Below, one piece after another: positions 20,534 through 29,464 of a DNA stretch of 64,000 nt. The notes beneath the pieces were generated by a model. That model was not told the DNA's origin, did not search any database, and was given only the letters and a program-made list of their open reading frames with translations. Each line of letters opens with the position of its first letter. Positions within the stretch are counted from its first letter, which is position 1. The stretch comes from Clostridia bacterium (GTDB lineage Bacteria; Bacillota; Clostridia; UMGS1883; UMGS1540). A program made the translations under genes and the position numbers. The stretch lies in assembly GCA_045535515.1 (NCBI GenBank), contig JAZSLT010000016.1, forward strand, positions 83,802-147,801. The letters are read 5' to 3'.

Positions 20534-20941
20534 TTGCGTATAATTGGTCTGGATTATGGAGACAGCCGCATCGGCGTTGCCGTGAGTGACGAACTGGGGC
20601 TTACGGCGCAGCCGGTAGGTACCTTGTCGGAAAAAACATGGACAAAACAGCTGGATAAACTGGCAGAAATTGTGCAGGAATATCGTGCGGAAGGCTTTGT
20701 TATAGGAATGCCGCGGAACATGAACGGCACTATCGGCCAAAGAGGCGAGATAACGCGAAAGTTTGCGGCTGTGCTGAAGGAAAAGCTGGGGCTGCCCGTG
20801 CAGGAATGGGATGAGCGGCTTACCTCGGTGGCGGCGCACAGAGCGCTTGCGGAAGGCCAGGTGCGCGGCGATAAGAAAAAAGGCAAGGTGGATATGCTTT
20901 CGGCAGTTTTTATTCTGCAGGGATATCTTGACAGTCTTTAA
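20534..20941 (+). CDS. ruvX: Holliday-junction resolvase-like RuvX/YqgF
   Basis: 135 aa; MRIIGLDYGDSRIGVAVSD... Confidence 0.85.
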   Translation: MRIIGLDYGDSRIGVAVSDELGLTAQPVGTLSEKTWTKQLDKLAEIVQEYRAEGFVIGMPRNMNGTIGQRGEITRKFAAVLKEKLGLPVQEWDERLTSVAAHRALAEGQVRGDKKKGKVDMLSAVFILQGYLDSL

Positions 20942-20961
20942 AATAGAAAGGAGCATATAAC

Positions 20962-21264
20962 ATGCAGGAGGAAAGAGACAATATAATCATTCTGATAGAT
21001 GATGAAGGTAAGGAAATGCCGTTTGAGGTGCTGGACATCATCGAAGAGGATGAAAAACGCTATGCCGTTGGTATTCCGGCCGAGGAAGCAGAGGACGAAT
21101 CGGAGGAGGGCACGGTGCTTATTATGCGCATTGTTCCGGCCAATGACGAGGAGGACATCTTAGAGCCTATTGAGGACCAGGCGGAGCTGGAAAAGATTTT
21201 CGAAATTTTCAAAACCCGCATGGAAGAGGAATTCGAGTTTGCGGATGAGGATACAGAGGAATAA
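20962..21264 (+). CDS. DUF1292 (YrzB-like) acidic protein
   Basis: 100 aa, strongly acidic; conserved position after ruvX in Firmicutes. Confidence 0.7.
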   Translation: MQEERDNIIILIDDEGKEMPFEVLDIIEEDEKRYAVGIPAEEAEDESEEGTVLIMRIVPANDEEDILEPIEDQAELEKIFEIFKTRMEEEFEFADEDTEE

Positions 21265-21330
21265 AGCCCCTCTGTGCCCTGCGTTGTGCGTTGTAAGCAG
21301 TATATATTTTAGCCAACACTAAAATAAAAG

Positions 21331-21505
21331 GGAGGCAAATTGTCTTCGTGGTGTGTAGGCCCCCCGCCCGAAAGGCCGGTATGAGGGTAACCCGTAAGCG
21401 GAGAATATGCCACCCACCTGCCATGCAGGTTAAAATTTTGCTGTCGGACGGCAATCGCGGGGGAATAGGAAGCAAGGTGGGGCTGCCTGAAATTCTGGCA
21501 GCCTC
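21331..21505 (+). ncRNA. candidate structured RNA / 5' leader (class unknown)
   Basis: About 175 nt of GC-rich intergenic sequence with a long-range closing helix GGAGGC(21331)/GCCTCC(21500) and several nested hairpins (GCC-CGAAA-GGC, GGG-TAA-CCC, CCTGC-CAT-GCAGG, GCTGCC-N9-GGCAGC). It ends 40 nt before the downstream start codon. Confidence 0.3.
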
Positions 21506-21544
21506 CTTTCGTGTGAGCAAACCAAATGTGAATAAGGAGTAGTC

Positions 21545-22864
21545 ATGAGAACGAATATGAATCCCGGCAAGGCGGATTTGCCGATTAAAAAATACATAGC
21601 GGCAGCCTCGGTGCTACTTTTGTTTCTCACCTTGTACATGCCTTCTCTCGGACTTATGTTTGCTTGTGGCAATCTGGTGTTTTTTGCCGTATGGTACCTT
21701 TGCAAGCATGAAAAACCGGGAGAAAGACTGACAAAAAGAATTATATGGGGCTCCATTTTAGGAAACATCTGGATTTTAGTGTATCTCTCCTTTCAGAATT
21801 TCAGCGTTTCCCCGTCCTTTTCGGGCGATTTTCAGATGACAGTTTTGTGCGAGGGCCTTCTTCGCGAGAACATCCCCGCCTTTTTCCGTGAGTTTTATTA
21901 CGGCGCGCTCCTAGGGGAGGAGTCGATACTGCCGGCCCTGTTTATCGCGCCGCCTCTGGGACTTTTCGGGAATAGCTATGTGGCCTATGTACTCCTGATA
22001 TTTAACCTGTTTGTTGTTCCCTTTCTGGCGCTTATGGCGATGTCGGTACATAAAATCCAGCCGAAATGCGAATGGCTGGTGTTTGCCTTTGTTCCGTTTT
22101 TAACCCCTGTCCTTTGCGGCAGCCTGGACGGCGCCGGTCTTTTAGGGATAGGTCTTTGGATTTACTTGGTGCAGGATAGGGCTTTTCGGAAATGGTCCCT
22201 CCCGAAGGGTATTGTGCTGGGCCTTATCACAGGCGGCATGCTGCTTATGCGAAGCTGGTGTGTGTTTTTTGTGGTGGGCACGGTGGCGTCGCTGCTCTTA
22301 TCCGGTGCCATCCGAAAGTGCTACGATAAAACCTTTGACCTCCGGATACAGGCAAAGAATATGGGACTTATCGGCGGCACGGCACTTTTAGTCGTTCTGC
22401 TTATATTCCGGGCGCTTTTCGGCGAGGTCGTTCACGCGCAAATAGCGGGCGGATACGGGTTTGGCACATTCTGGCCGAACATCCGGAGCGTTTTCACCTA
22501 CTATGGTTTTTTGCCGCTTTTTTGCTTTGCGCTCGGGCTTGGCGGCTTATTCCGGAAAAGATACCGGCAATTCACACTCTTTTTGCTTTTGCAATTTCTA
22601 TTTACCTTCCTTTTATTCGGAAGTGTACACACGATAGACTATTCGCATCATTATATGCTGGCGGCGGCGTTGTTCCTGCTTGGCTGTATTGGCATTGAAG
22701 CTCTGCCGAAGCGGAACAAAGAAGCCTTCCTCGCATATGCGGTGATAGTTTGCCTGAGCTTCGTGTATGCGTATGCGCCCATCCCCGGCGCACCGCTGGA
22801 CGGCGTATTGGGAAACCGCCTGGCACCGGACAGACAGGTGACGGTGGTGAATATACAAAATTAA
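21545..22864 (+). CDS. polytopic membrane protein of unknown function
   Basis: 439 aa with at least 10 hydrophobic segments; RBS AAGGAG. Confidence 0.5.
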   Translation: MRTNMNPGKADLPIKKYIAAASVLLLFLTLYMPSLGLMFACGNLVFFAVWYLCKHEKPGERLTKRIIWGSILGNIWILVYLSFQNFSVSPSFSGDFQMTVLCEGLLRENIPAFFREFYYGALLGEESILPALFIAPPLGLFGNSYVAYVLLIFNLFVVPFLALMAMSVHKIQPKCEWLVFAFVPFLTPVLCGSLDGAGLLGIGLWIYLVQDRAFRKWSLPKGIVLGLITGGMLLMRSWCVFFVVGTVASLLLSGAIRKCYDKTFDLRIQAKNMGLIGGTALLVVLLIFRALFGEVVHAQIAGGYGFGTFWPNIRSVFTYYGFLPLFCFALGLGGLFRKRYRQFTLFLLLQFLFTFLLFGSVHTIDYSHHYMLAAALFLLGCIGIEALPKRNKEAFLAYAVIVCLSFVYAYAPIPGAPLDGVLGNRLAPDRQVTVVNIQN

Positions 22865-22874
22865 ATAAAGTGGT

Positions 22875-22903
22875 TGTCAAACGGAGCCGGATATGCTATA
22901 CTG
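22875..22903 (+). promoter_or_regulatory. putative sigma-A promoter for the SLH protein gene
   Basis: TTGTCA, 17-nt spacer, TATACT. Confidence 0.35.
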
Positions 22904-22952
22904 TATACGGGTATCCATGAAGATTACCAAGCAAAAGAGGAGGAATTTTTCT

Positions 22953-24368
22953 ATGTATAGAAAAGTATTGGCGTTGGCTTTGGCCGGCGTTCTGGCCTTT
23001 TCCGTACCGGCCATGGCGGCACCCAGCAGCTGGGCTGAGGCGGAAGTGAAAACGGCCATTACTGTCGGGATAGTTCCCAAAAACATACAGGAAGAGTATC
23101 AGAGTGCCATCACGCGTGCAGAGTTTTGCGAGATGGCCATGCAGTTTTGGACAAGGCTGACGGGTAAGGAAATGCCCTCTGCCACCGCCACCTTTACAGA
23201 CACCGATAACCCCAGCGTTGCCGCGGCGCAGAGCCTTGGCATCGTGCAGGGCGAGAGCGAAACACAGTTTTCGCCCGACAAGCCGGTAACGAGGCAGGAA
23301 ATTTGTGTCATGCTCCGGAATGCGCTTGTCAGCGCCTGCCCGAATGTGGCACTCCCCGAAGTGTATGTAAACACTTTCCCGGATGCTTCCTCTGTAGCCG
23401 ATTGGGCCATGGAGGCGGTACAGGGGATGAACCTCTTTGCCGTTATGCTCGGCGATGAGAACGGCAATATCCGTCCTCTCGGCAATACGACAAGGGAAGA
23501 GGCAATTCTATTGACCTATCGTCTTTTCGCCACGCAGGCGATGACGCAGCAGGAATATGTAGAAAAGTTTTTAATGCCGGTCAGCGGCAACACACATGAT
23601 AATATGCTCAGCGGCGCCTATGCAGTAGGTGTTGGCGGCGGACCGGTCTATTATGGCGGCGAGTCGGGTATATTCGCTGTCGGAAGCGACAAGCCGGTCG
23701 TGGCAAAGCCTGTGAAAAGCTTTCTGGCATACGCCGAAACGATTTATTATATTGACAATGCCGGTGCCATATATGCGGTAAAGCTCGCAACAGGCGAGGA
23801 AACAAAGGTTTCCGACGGGCCGGCTGACCAGATAGCCATTTATAACGGTGCCATGTATTACCGGAATGCCGGCAGTCCTGCCTTCAGAATGCCGATAGAT
23901 ACTATGGAGGCCGCACCCTTTACCCCCGGCCCTGCTGAATTGCCGCTGGTTTACGGTAACCACATCTACTATTCGGATAATCAGGCTATTTTCGTACACA
24001 ATGCCGATGGAACCTTTACCACCTTGTTCTCCGGCATAAACCGAAACCTCTGCGTGCGGGATAATATGTTTTATTTCCTTAATCAAAACGGTCTTATTTG
24101 CACAGCAGACCTCACCGGCGCCAATTACGGCGTTGTTTCCCGCCTGCCGGTGAAAAGCTATTGCTTCACGCGTGACTGCATTATTGCCATAGGGCAGGAG
24201 GACGGCGCAGTGTATAAGATAGACTATAAGGGCCGTTATGCAATTAAAATGTATGCAGACACATACGAGAGCATCAACACATATGATGATTATGTATACG
24301 CGCGAGATGCCGGGGGCGGCATTTACAAGTTTTCCAACAACGCGACAGAAAAAGCAAAGATAAATTAG
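22953..24368 (+). CDS. S-layer-homology (SLH) domain surface protein with a C-terminal beta-propeller-like repeat region
   Basis: Signal peptide MYRKVLALALAGVLAFSVPAMAA; three SLH-like repeats (ITRAEF..M, VTRQEICVML, TTREEAILL); Y-rich repeated C-terminal region; RBS AGAGGAGG. Confidence 0.7.
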   Translation: MYRKVLALALAGVLAFSVPAMAAPSSWAEAEVKTAITVGIVPKNIQEEYQSAITRAEFCEMAMQFWTRLTGKEMPSATATFTDTDNPSVAAAQSLGIVQGESETQFSPDKPVTRQEICVMLRNALVSACPNVALPEVYVNTFPDASSVADWAMEAVQGMNLFAVMLGDENGNIRPLGNTTREEAILLTYRLFATQAMTQQEYVEKFLMPVSGNTHDNMLSGAYAVGVGGGPVYYGGESGIFAVGSDKPVVAKPVKSFLAYAETIYYIDNAGAIYAVKLATGEETKVSDGPADQIAIYNGAMYYRNAGSPAFRMPIDTMEAAPFTPGPAELPLVYGNHIYYSDNQAIFVHNADGTFTTLFSGINRNLCVRDNMFYFLNQNGLICTADLTGANYGVVSRLPVKSYCFTRDCIIAIGQEDGAVYKIDYKGRYAIKMYADTYESINTYDDYVYARDAGGGIYKFSNNATEKAKIN

Positions 24369-24379
24369 GAGGTAGGACA

Positions 24380-25378
24380 ATGAAAACATACAAAATTGCC
24401 GTTGTAGGCGCAACCGGAATGGTAGGAAGAACCTTTTTGAAGGTGCTGGAGGAATATAAACTGCCGGCGGAAAGCTACACATTATTTTCCTCGGCAAGGT
24501 CTGCCGGTAGCAAAATTCAGTTTATGGGAGAAGAACACACCGTTCGTGAGCTGACGGAAACTTCCTTCGATGAGGGCTTTGATATTGCACTCTTTTCTGC
24601 CGGTGGCAGCACCAGCGAGAAGTTTGCCCCCATCGCGGCGAAAAAGGGATGCCTGGTTATCGACAATTCCAGCGCATGGCGTATGGACCCCGAGGTACCG
24701 CTTGTTGTGCCGGAGGTAAATCCGGAGGATATAAAGAAACATAAGGGCATTATTGCAAACCCGAACTGCTCTACCATTCAGGCTATGGTCGCTATAAAGC
24801 CGCTTTATGACGCGTATGGCATTAAAAGAATTGTATATTCGACTTATCAGGCTGTTTCGGGCGCAGGCCGCGCAGGCTGGGAAGACCTGGAAAATGGCAT
24901 GAAGGGCGAAGCACCCAAAAAATTCCCCTATCCTATTGCCGGCAACTGTTTGCCCCATATTGATGTATTTTTAGAAAACGGCTATACAAAAGAAGAAATG
25001 AAGATGATTCTGGAAACCAGAAAAATTCTGGGCGACGATTCTCTTCGCATTACCGCCACAACCGTTCGTGTGCCGGTATTCAACAGCCACAGCGAATCCA
25101 TTAACATTGAGCTGGAAAAACCCTTTGTGATGGAAGAGCTCGTGGAAGTTCTGAAAAAGGCACCGGGTATTGTGGTACAGGATGACACGGCAAACAATGT
25201 GTATCCTATGCCGATAAATGCCACCGGACACGACGAAACCTTTGTAGGCCGCATTCGTCGCGATGAAAGCGTGGAAAGCGGTGTAAACCTCTGGGTAGTA
25301 GCCGATAACATCCGCAAGGGTGCAGCATCCAATGCCGTGCAGATTGCAAAGAAGTTTATAGAGTTCGATAACGAGTAA
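24380..25378 (+). CDS. asd: aspartate-semialdehyde dehydrogenase
   Basis: 332 aa; IAVVGATGMVG ... NPNCSTI active-site Cys motif. Confidence 0.9.
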   Translation: MKTYKIAVVGATGMVGRTFLKVLEEYKLPAESYTLFSSARSAGSKIQFMGEEHTVRELTETSFDEGFDIALFSAGGSTSEKFAPIAAKKGCLVIDNSSAWRMDPEVPLVVPEVNPEDIKKHKGIIANPNCSTIQAMVAIKPLYDAYGIKRIVYSTYQAVSGAGRAGWEDLENGMKGEAPKKFPYPIAGNCLPHIDVFLENGYTKEEMKMILETRKILGDDSLRITATTVRVPVFNSHSESINIELEKPFVMEELVEVLKKAPGIVVQDDTANNVYPMPINATGHDETFVGRIRRDESVESGVNLWVVADNIRKGAASNAVQIAKKFIEFDNE

Positions 25379-25401
25379 GCACAGAAAGCGAGGCGCAGGG
25401 A

Positions 25402-26295
25402 ATGAAGAAATTGCCTTTTACAGGTAGTGGTGTTGCCATTGTAACACCGTTTAAGAACGGAAGTATTGATTTTGACAAGATGGGCGAGCTTGTCGAAATG
25501 CATATTGCAAACCAGACGGATGCCATTATTGTTTGCGGCACCACGGGTGAGTCTGCCACCATGCCGGATGCCGAGCATATCTCGGTGGTTGAGTATTGCG
25601 TGCAGAAGGCGGCCGGCCGTATTCCGATTGTAGCCGGTGCCGGCTCCAATGACACGAGCCACGGGGTACAGCTTTCAGCTATGATGCAGAAGGTAGGCGC
25701 CGATGCACTCCTTTCCGTCACCCCTTATTATAACAAGGCCACCCAGAAAGGCCTTATCCGCCACTATACGGAAATTGCCAAAGCGGTAGACATACCGATT
25801 ATTCTTTACAATGTGCCGTCCCGTACAGGCGTGAACATTGACCCCCACACGCTTTTGGAGCTTTCGGAGATAGACAACATCGTGGGCGTAAAGGAAGCAG
25901 GCGGCAACATTTCGCAGGTTGCGAAAATTGCCTCCTTGTGCGGCGATAAAATGGCCATTTATTCCGGCGATGATGACATGATTGTTCCGGTGATGTCCCT
26001 CGGCGGCGTAGGCGTCATCTCGGTTGTGGCGAACATTCTGCCCAAGGAAACGCATGAAATTACGGCGCGCTGCTTTGCCGGCGATTACAAGGGCGCAAGG
26101 GAATTGCAACTGAAGCTTTATAACCTCATTAAGGCACTCTTTATTGAGGTAAACCCCATTCCGGTCAAGACGGCGATGAATTTGCTCGGCTACGATGTGG
26201 GTGAGCTGCGTATGCCGCTTTGCGAAATGGAAGAGAAAAATCTGGCGGTTCTCCGTGCCGAAATGGAAAAGCTGGGCATGGAAATCAAAGCATAA
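25402..26295 (+). CDS. dapA: 4-hydroxy-tetrahydrodipicolinate synthase
   Basis: 297 aa; GTTGE..T, ...YNVPSRTG motifs of the DapA family. Confidence 0.9.
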   Translation: MKKLPFTGSGVAIVTPFKNGSIDFDKMGELVEMHIANQTDAIIVCGTTGESATMPDAEHISVVEYCVQKAAGRIPIVAGAGSNDTSHGVQLSAMMQKVGADALLSVTPYYNKATQKGLIRHYTEIAKAVDIPIILYNVPSRTGVNIDPHTLLELSEIDNIVGVKEAGGNISQVAKIASLCGDKMAIYSGDDDMIVPVMSLGGVGVISVVANILPKETHEITARCFAGDYKGARELQLKLYNLIKALFIEVNPIPVKTAMNLLGYDVGELRMPLCEMEEKNLAVLRAEMEKLGMEIKA

Positions 26296-26310
26296 AGGAA
26301 TGTGGTGCCA

Positions 26311-27072
26311 ATGATAAAGGTAATTATAAACGGCGCAAACGGAAAAATGGGAAAAACCGTAGCCGCGATGCTCGCGGATATGCCTGATTTTTCTGTTGTG
26401 GCCGGCGTAGATGTATATACGGCGCAGTACGCGGATTTCCCCATCGTGGAAAATCCGCGCCTTCTGCCTGCGGGCGGGGATGTCATTATTGATTTTTCCA
26501 ACCCTGCGGCACTTCTGGAACTGTTACCTTACGCTATGGAAAAGAAAATTCCCGTGGTCGTTTGCACGACAGGTCTCGGGAATGAGCACAAAAGCCTCCT
26601 CGAGGCGGCGGCGAAGGAAGTCCCCATATTTTTCTCCGCCAATATGTCGCTCGGCATAAGCCTTCTTACGGAGCTTGTGAAAACGGCCGTTTCTGTTTTG
26701 GGGAATGGCTTTGACATTGAGATTATCGAAAAGCATCATAACCGGAAGCTGGATGCGCCCAGCGGAACGGCCATGGCGATAGCCGATGCCGTAGCCGAGG
26801 CGGCGACCGAGCGGAAGGAATTTGTGTATGACCGCCATAGTGTGCGCCGTCCGCGCGGCAAGCAGGAGGTCGGGATTCATGCGGTGCGCGGTGGTACCAT
26901 CGTGGGCGAGCATACGGTTCTCTTTGCCGGACAGGACGAGGTAATTGAAATAAAACACAGCGCAGGCAGCCGCGATATTTTTGCCGTGGGTGCCATCCGG
27001 GCGGCGGCATTTTTAAAGGACAAGCCTGCCGGGATGTACGCCATGCCGGACCTTGTGGCGGCTTCCTTGTAA
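26311..27072 (+). CDS. dapB: 4-hydroxy-tetrahydrodipicolinate reductase
   Basis: MIKVIINGANGKMG ... EIIEKHHNRKLDAPSGTA; alternatively the GTG at 26302. Confidence 0.85.
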   Translation: MIKVIINGANGKMGKTVAAMLADMPDFSVVAGVDVYTAQYADFPIVENPRLLPAGGDVIIDFSNPAALLELLPYAMEKKIPVVVCTTGLGNEHKSLLEAAAKEVPIFFSANMSLGISLLTELVKTAVSVLGNGFDIEIIEKHHNRKLDAPSGTAMAIADAVAEAATERKEFVYDRHSVRRPRGKQEVGIHAVRGGTIVGEHTVLFAGQDEVIEIKHSAGSRDIFAVGAIRAAAFLKDKPAGMYAMPDLVAASL

Positions 27073-27163
27073 AAATAGGGTACATAAATAAAAAAGTTCT
27101 TGCAAATTTTGGGAAAATAAGGTACAATAGTAGTATAAAAACGGAAAGGAATGGAAACATAGG

Positions 27164-27721
27164 ATGATTAGTGCAGGAGATTTCAGAAACGGAATTACCT
27201 TTGAAATGGAAGGTAATGTATACCAGATTGTTGAATTTCAGCATGTAAAGCCCGGCAAAGGCGCAGCGTTCGTCAGAACCAAGCTGAAGAATGTTATCGG
27301 TGGCGGCGTGGTAGAAAAAACCTTCCGTCCCACAGATAAGATGCCCAAGGCGCATATTGAACGCAAGGATATGGAATACTTGTATAATGACGGCGAGCTG
27401 TATTACTTCATGGACCAGGAAACATACGAGCAGATGCCGCTCAATGCAGACCAGCTTGGCGATGCGCTTCGTTTTGTAAAGGAAAATATGCTGGTTAAGG
27501 TTCTGTCCTACAAGGGCAATGTATTCGGCGTAGAACCGCCGAACTTTGTAGAGCTGCAGGTTGCCGAAACAGAACCGGGCGTAAAGGGCGATACGGCAAC
27601 GGGTGCACAGAAGCCGGCTATCCTGGAAACAGGCGCGCAGATAAATGTTCCGCTCTTTATTGACGAGGGTGATATGATTCGTGTGGACACGCGTACCGGC
27701 GAATATATGGAGCGTGCATAA
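27164..27721 (+). CDS. efp: elongation factor P
   Basis: 185 aa; [14 protein letters not shown]...[15 protein letters not shown]. Confidence 0.9.
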   Translation: MISAGDFRNGITFEMEGNVYQIVEFQHVKPGKGAAFVRTKLKNVIGGGVVEKTFRPTDKMPKAHIERKDMEYLYNDGELYYFMDQETYEQMPLNADQLGDALRFVKENMLVKVLSYKGNVFGVEPPNFVELQVAETEPGVKGDTATGAQKPAILETGAQINVPLFIDEGDMIRVDTRTGEYMERA

Positions 27722-27747
27722 ATAATAAAGTAAGAGGAGGATTTGTT

Positions 27748-28170
27748 ATGGCATTGGAAGAAAAGGTAGCCTACCTGCAAGGCCTTTGCGAGGGCATGGA
27801 TATCGATACAGAGAAGGGCGAGGGCAAGCTCCTTGCAAAAATTATCGAAGTGCTTGGCGAAATTGCCGAGGAAATCGCTTGCGTGGAAGAGGATTACGAC
27901 GAACTGCAGGCACAGGTGGACGAGATTGACGAAGACCTTGGGTATGTAGAAGAAGATTTGTATGGCGACGATGAGGATGATTGCGATTGCGATTGCGGTT
28001 GCTGCAATTTCGATTGCGAAAACATCCAGTGCCCTGCTTGCGGCGAGGAAATCTTCCTCGACAGCGAACTTTTGGACATGGAAGAGGATGTTATTACTTG
28101 TCCCGCTTGCGGTCAGGAAATTGAGCTTGAATGTGACTGCTTTGACGACGACTTTGAGGACGAAGAATAA
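27748..28170 (+). CDS. acidic zinc-ribbon protein (conserved clostridial family that follows efp)
   Basis: 140 aa, very acidic; DCDCDCGCCNFDC plus CPACG...CPACG zinc-ribbon pairs. Confidence 0.6.
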   Translation: MALEEKVAYLQGLCEGMDIDTEKGEGKLLAKIIEVLGEIAEEIACVEEDYDELQAQVDEIDEDLGYVEEDLYGDDEDDCDCDCGCCNFDCENIQCPACGEEIFLDSELLDMEEDVITCPACGQEIELECDCFDDDFEDEE

Positions 28171-28180
28171 AGAAGAGAAA

Positions 28181-28205
28181 GGCACGCTGCGGCGTGCCTT
28201 TTTTA
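28181..28205 (+). terminator. rho-independent terminator
   Basis: GGCACGC-tgcg-GCGTGCC followed by TTTTTT. Confidence 0.7.
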
Positions 28206-28585
28206 TGTCCCGAAAGAAACCGGCGCCGATTTTGCCCGGGGCGGAAGGGGGCAGGAGGCGTTTGGTTAATTTTACCAAAAAACAAAAAACCCCCGAAAAT
28301 TCGCGATTATTTAAAAGCTCTCCTTTGGCGCTTGTTCATCTTGCTGCAGCTTCTGCAAAAAAATACAATAATTTTTGGGAAAACTCTTGCAATATATAGC
28401 GATATGTGCTATACTTATAATGCATTTTGTGGTGAATGTGCATAAGCCGGCAACCAAAATGAGGCAGTATATGTATTTTTTTTGCAGGCTTTTGTGCAAA
28501 ACACACAAGAAAAGTGGTATTCGTCATGTCCGGGGCAATACCGGGTACATAAAAATAGCGGACAGAAAGGGTTAGGATACATAAA

Positions 28586-29464
28586 ATGACCAAAAAACAC
28601 ATGCGCTGGGGATGGCTGTTTGTGTCACCGTATTTGTTCCATTTGGTGGCGCTGACATTTCTGCCGCTTATCATCTCCTTATACTTTTCTTTTGTGCGCT
28701 ATGACCTTATGAGTCCGCCGAGATGGGTAGGCTTACAGAATTTCGCGATTACCCTTGCGGATGAGAACACCTGGTATGCTTTCCGAAATGTAACGGTTTA
28801 TGCCGTGCTTCTGGAAGCCATTAAGATATCCGCCGGCTGTATTATGGGCGTACTTCTGAATCAGAAGGTAAAGGGTCTCAGCCTTTTCCGTAATCTGTAT
28901 CAGCTCCCCGGTCTTACACCGAATACGGCTATTGCCCTTATTTGGGCGCGTATGTTTAACCCCAACGGCGGTGTTCTGAATATTATTCTGGGATTTGTCG
29001 GGCTCGGCCCGTTCTCGTTCAACTACAGCTCCTTCTGGTTTGAGGTTATCTTCTCCGTTGTTATTATGACGGCGTGGCAGTCCGTTGGCAGTACGGCCAT
29101 TTACATCATCGCAGCGTTGCAGGGCGTTAGTGCCGATGTTATGGAGGCGGCGGATATTGACGGTGCAAACTCCTTCCATAAGTTCTTCCGCATCACCCTT
29201 CCGCTCATTACGCCTACGATTTTCTTCCTGATGATTATTGGTTTCTCCGGCTCTTTACAGACCTTCGAAACCTTCTACATTTTGGGTGAAGCTACCGGTG
29301 CTAATACAGAGGTTATAAACTCCATGGTGTATAGCTTGATGTGGGGCAATACCGCACAGGTTGGCCGCGCATCTGCGCTTGGCTGGGTTGCCTTCGTATA
29401 CATTGGTATAATAACCTTCCTCCAAAAGAAATTTGAGAAAAAGTGGGTGCACTACGATGCCTAA
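28586..29464 (+). CDS. sugar ABC transporter permease (MalF/UgpA-like)
   Basis: 292 aa, 6 TM; EAA-like motif EAADIDGANSFHKFFRITLP. Confidence 0.8.
   Translation: MTKKHMRWGWLFVSPYLFHLVALTFLPLIISLYFSFVRYDLMSPPRWVGLQNFAITLADENTWYAFRNVTVYAVLLEAIKISAGCIMGVLLNQKVKGLSLFRNLYQLPGLTPNTAIALIWARMFNPNGGVLNIILGFVGLGPFSFNYSSFWFEVIFSVVIMTAWQSVGSTAIYIIAALQGVSADVMEAADIDGANSFHKFFRITLPLITPTIFFLMIIGFSGSLQTFETFYILGEATGANTEVINSMVYSLMWGNTAQVGRASALGWVAFVYIGIITFLQKKFEKKWVHYDA

Noticed and set aside
20396-20956. N-terminal extension of the metallophosphoesterase ORF (track ORF 19928-20956).
   Set aside because: The extension is antisense to ruvX and has no phosphoesterase motifs. The true start is MRIIVFSDSHG at 20395.
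21331-21505. Considered assigning the structured element to SRP RNA (GGAAGCA-like stretch), the c-di-GMP-I/GEMM riboswitch (GCAAA elements) or a T-box.
   Set aside because: SRP domain IV consensus (GGAAGGAAGCAGCC with a GNRA-capped helix and its AGGUCAGG partner) is not reproduced. The two GCAAA-like elements are ~115 nt apart rather than ~30. No T-box AATTAGGGTGGTACCGCG motif is present. Left unclassified.
27981-28007. Tandem GATTGC repeats examined as a possible CRISPR or short-repeat array.
   Set aside because: Only a 27-nt hexamer microsatellite, fully inside a CDS where it encodes DCDCDCGCC; no spacers and no cas genes.
28311-28575. Small ORFs (65-66 aa) in the 415-bp region upstream of the ABC permeases.
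   Set aside because: AT-rich, no RBS, low-complexity hydrophobic translations overlapping promoter-like sequence; most likely non-coding.
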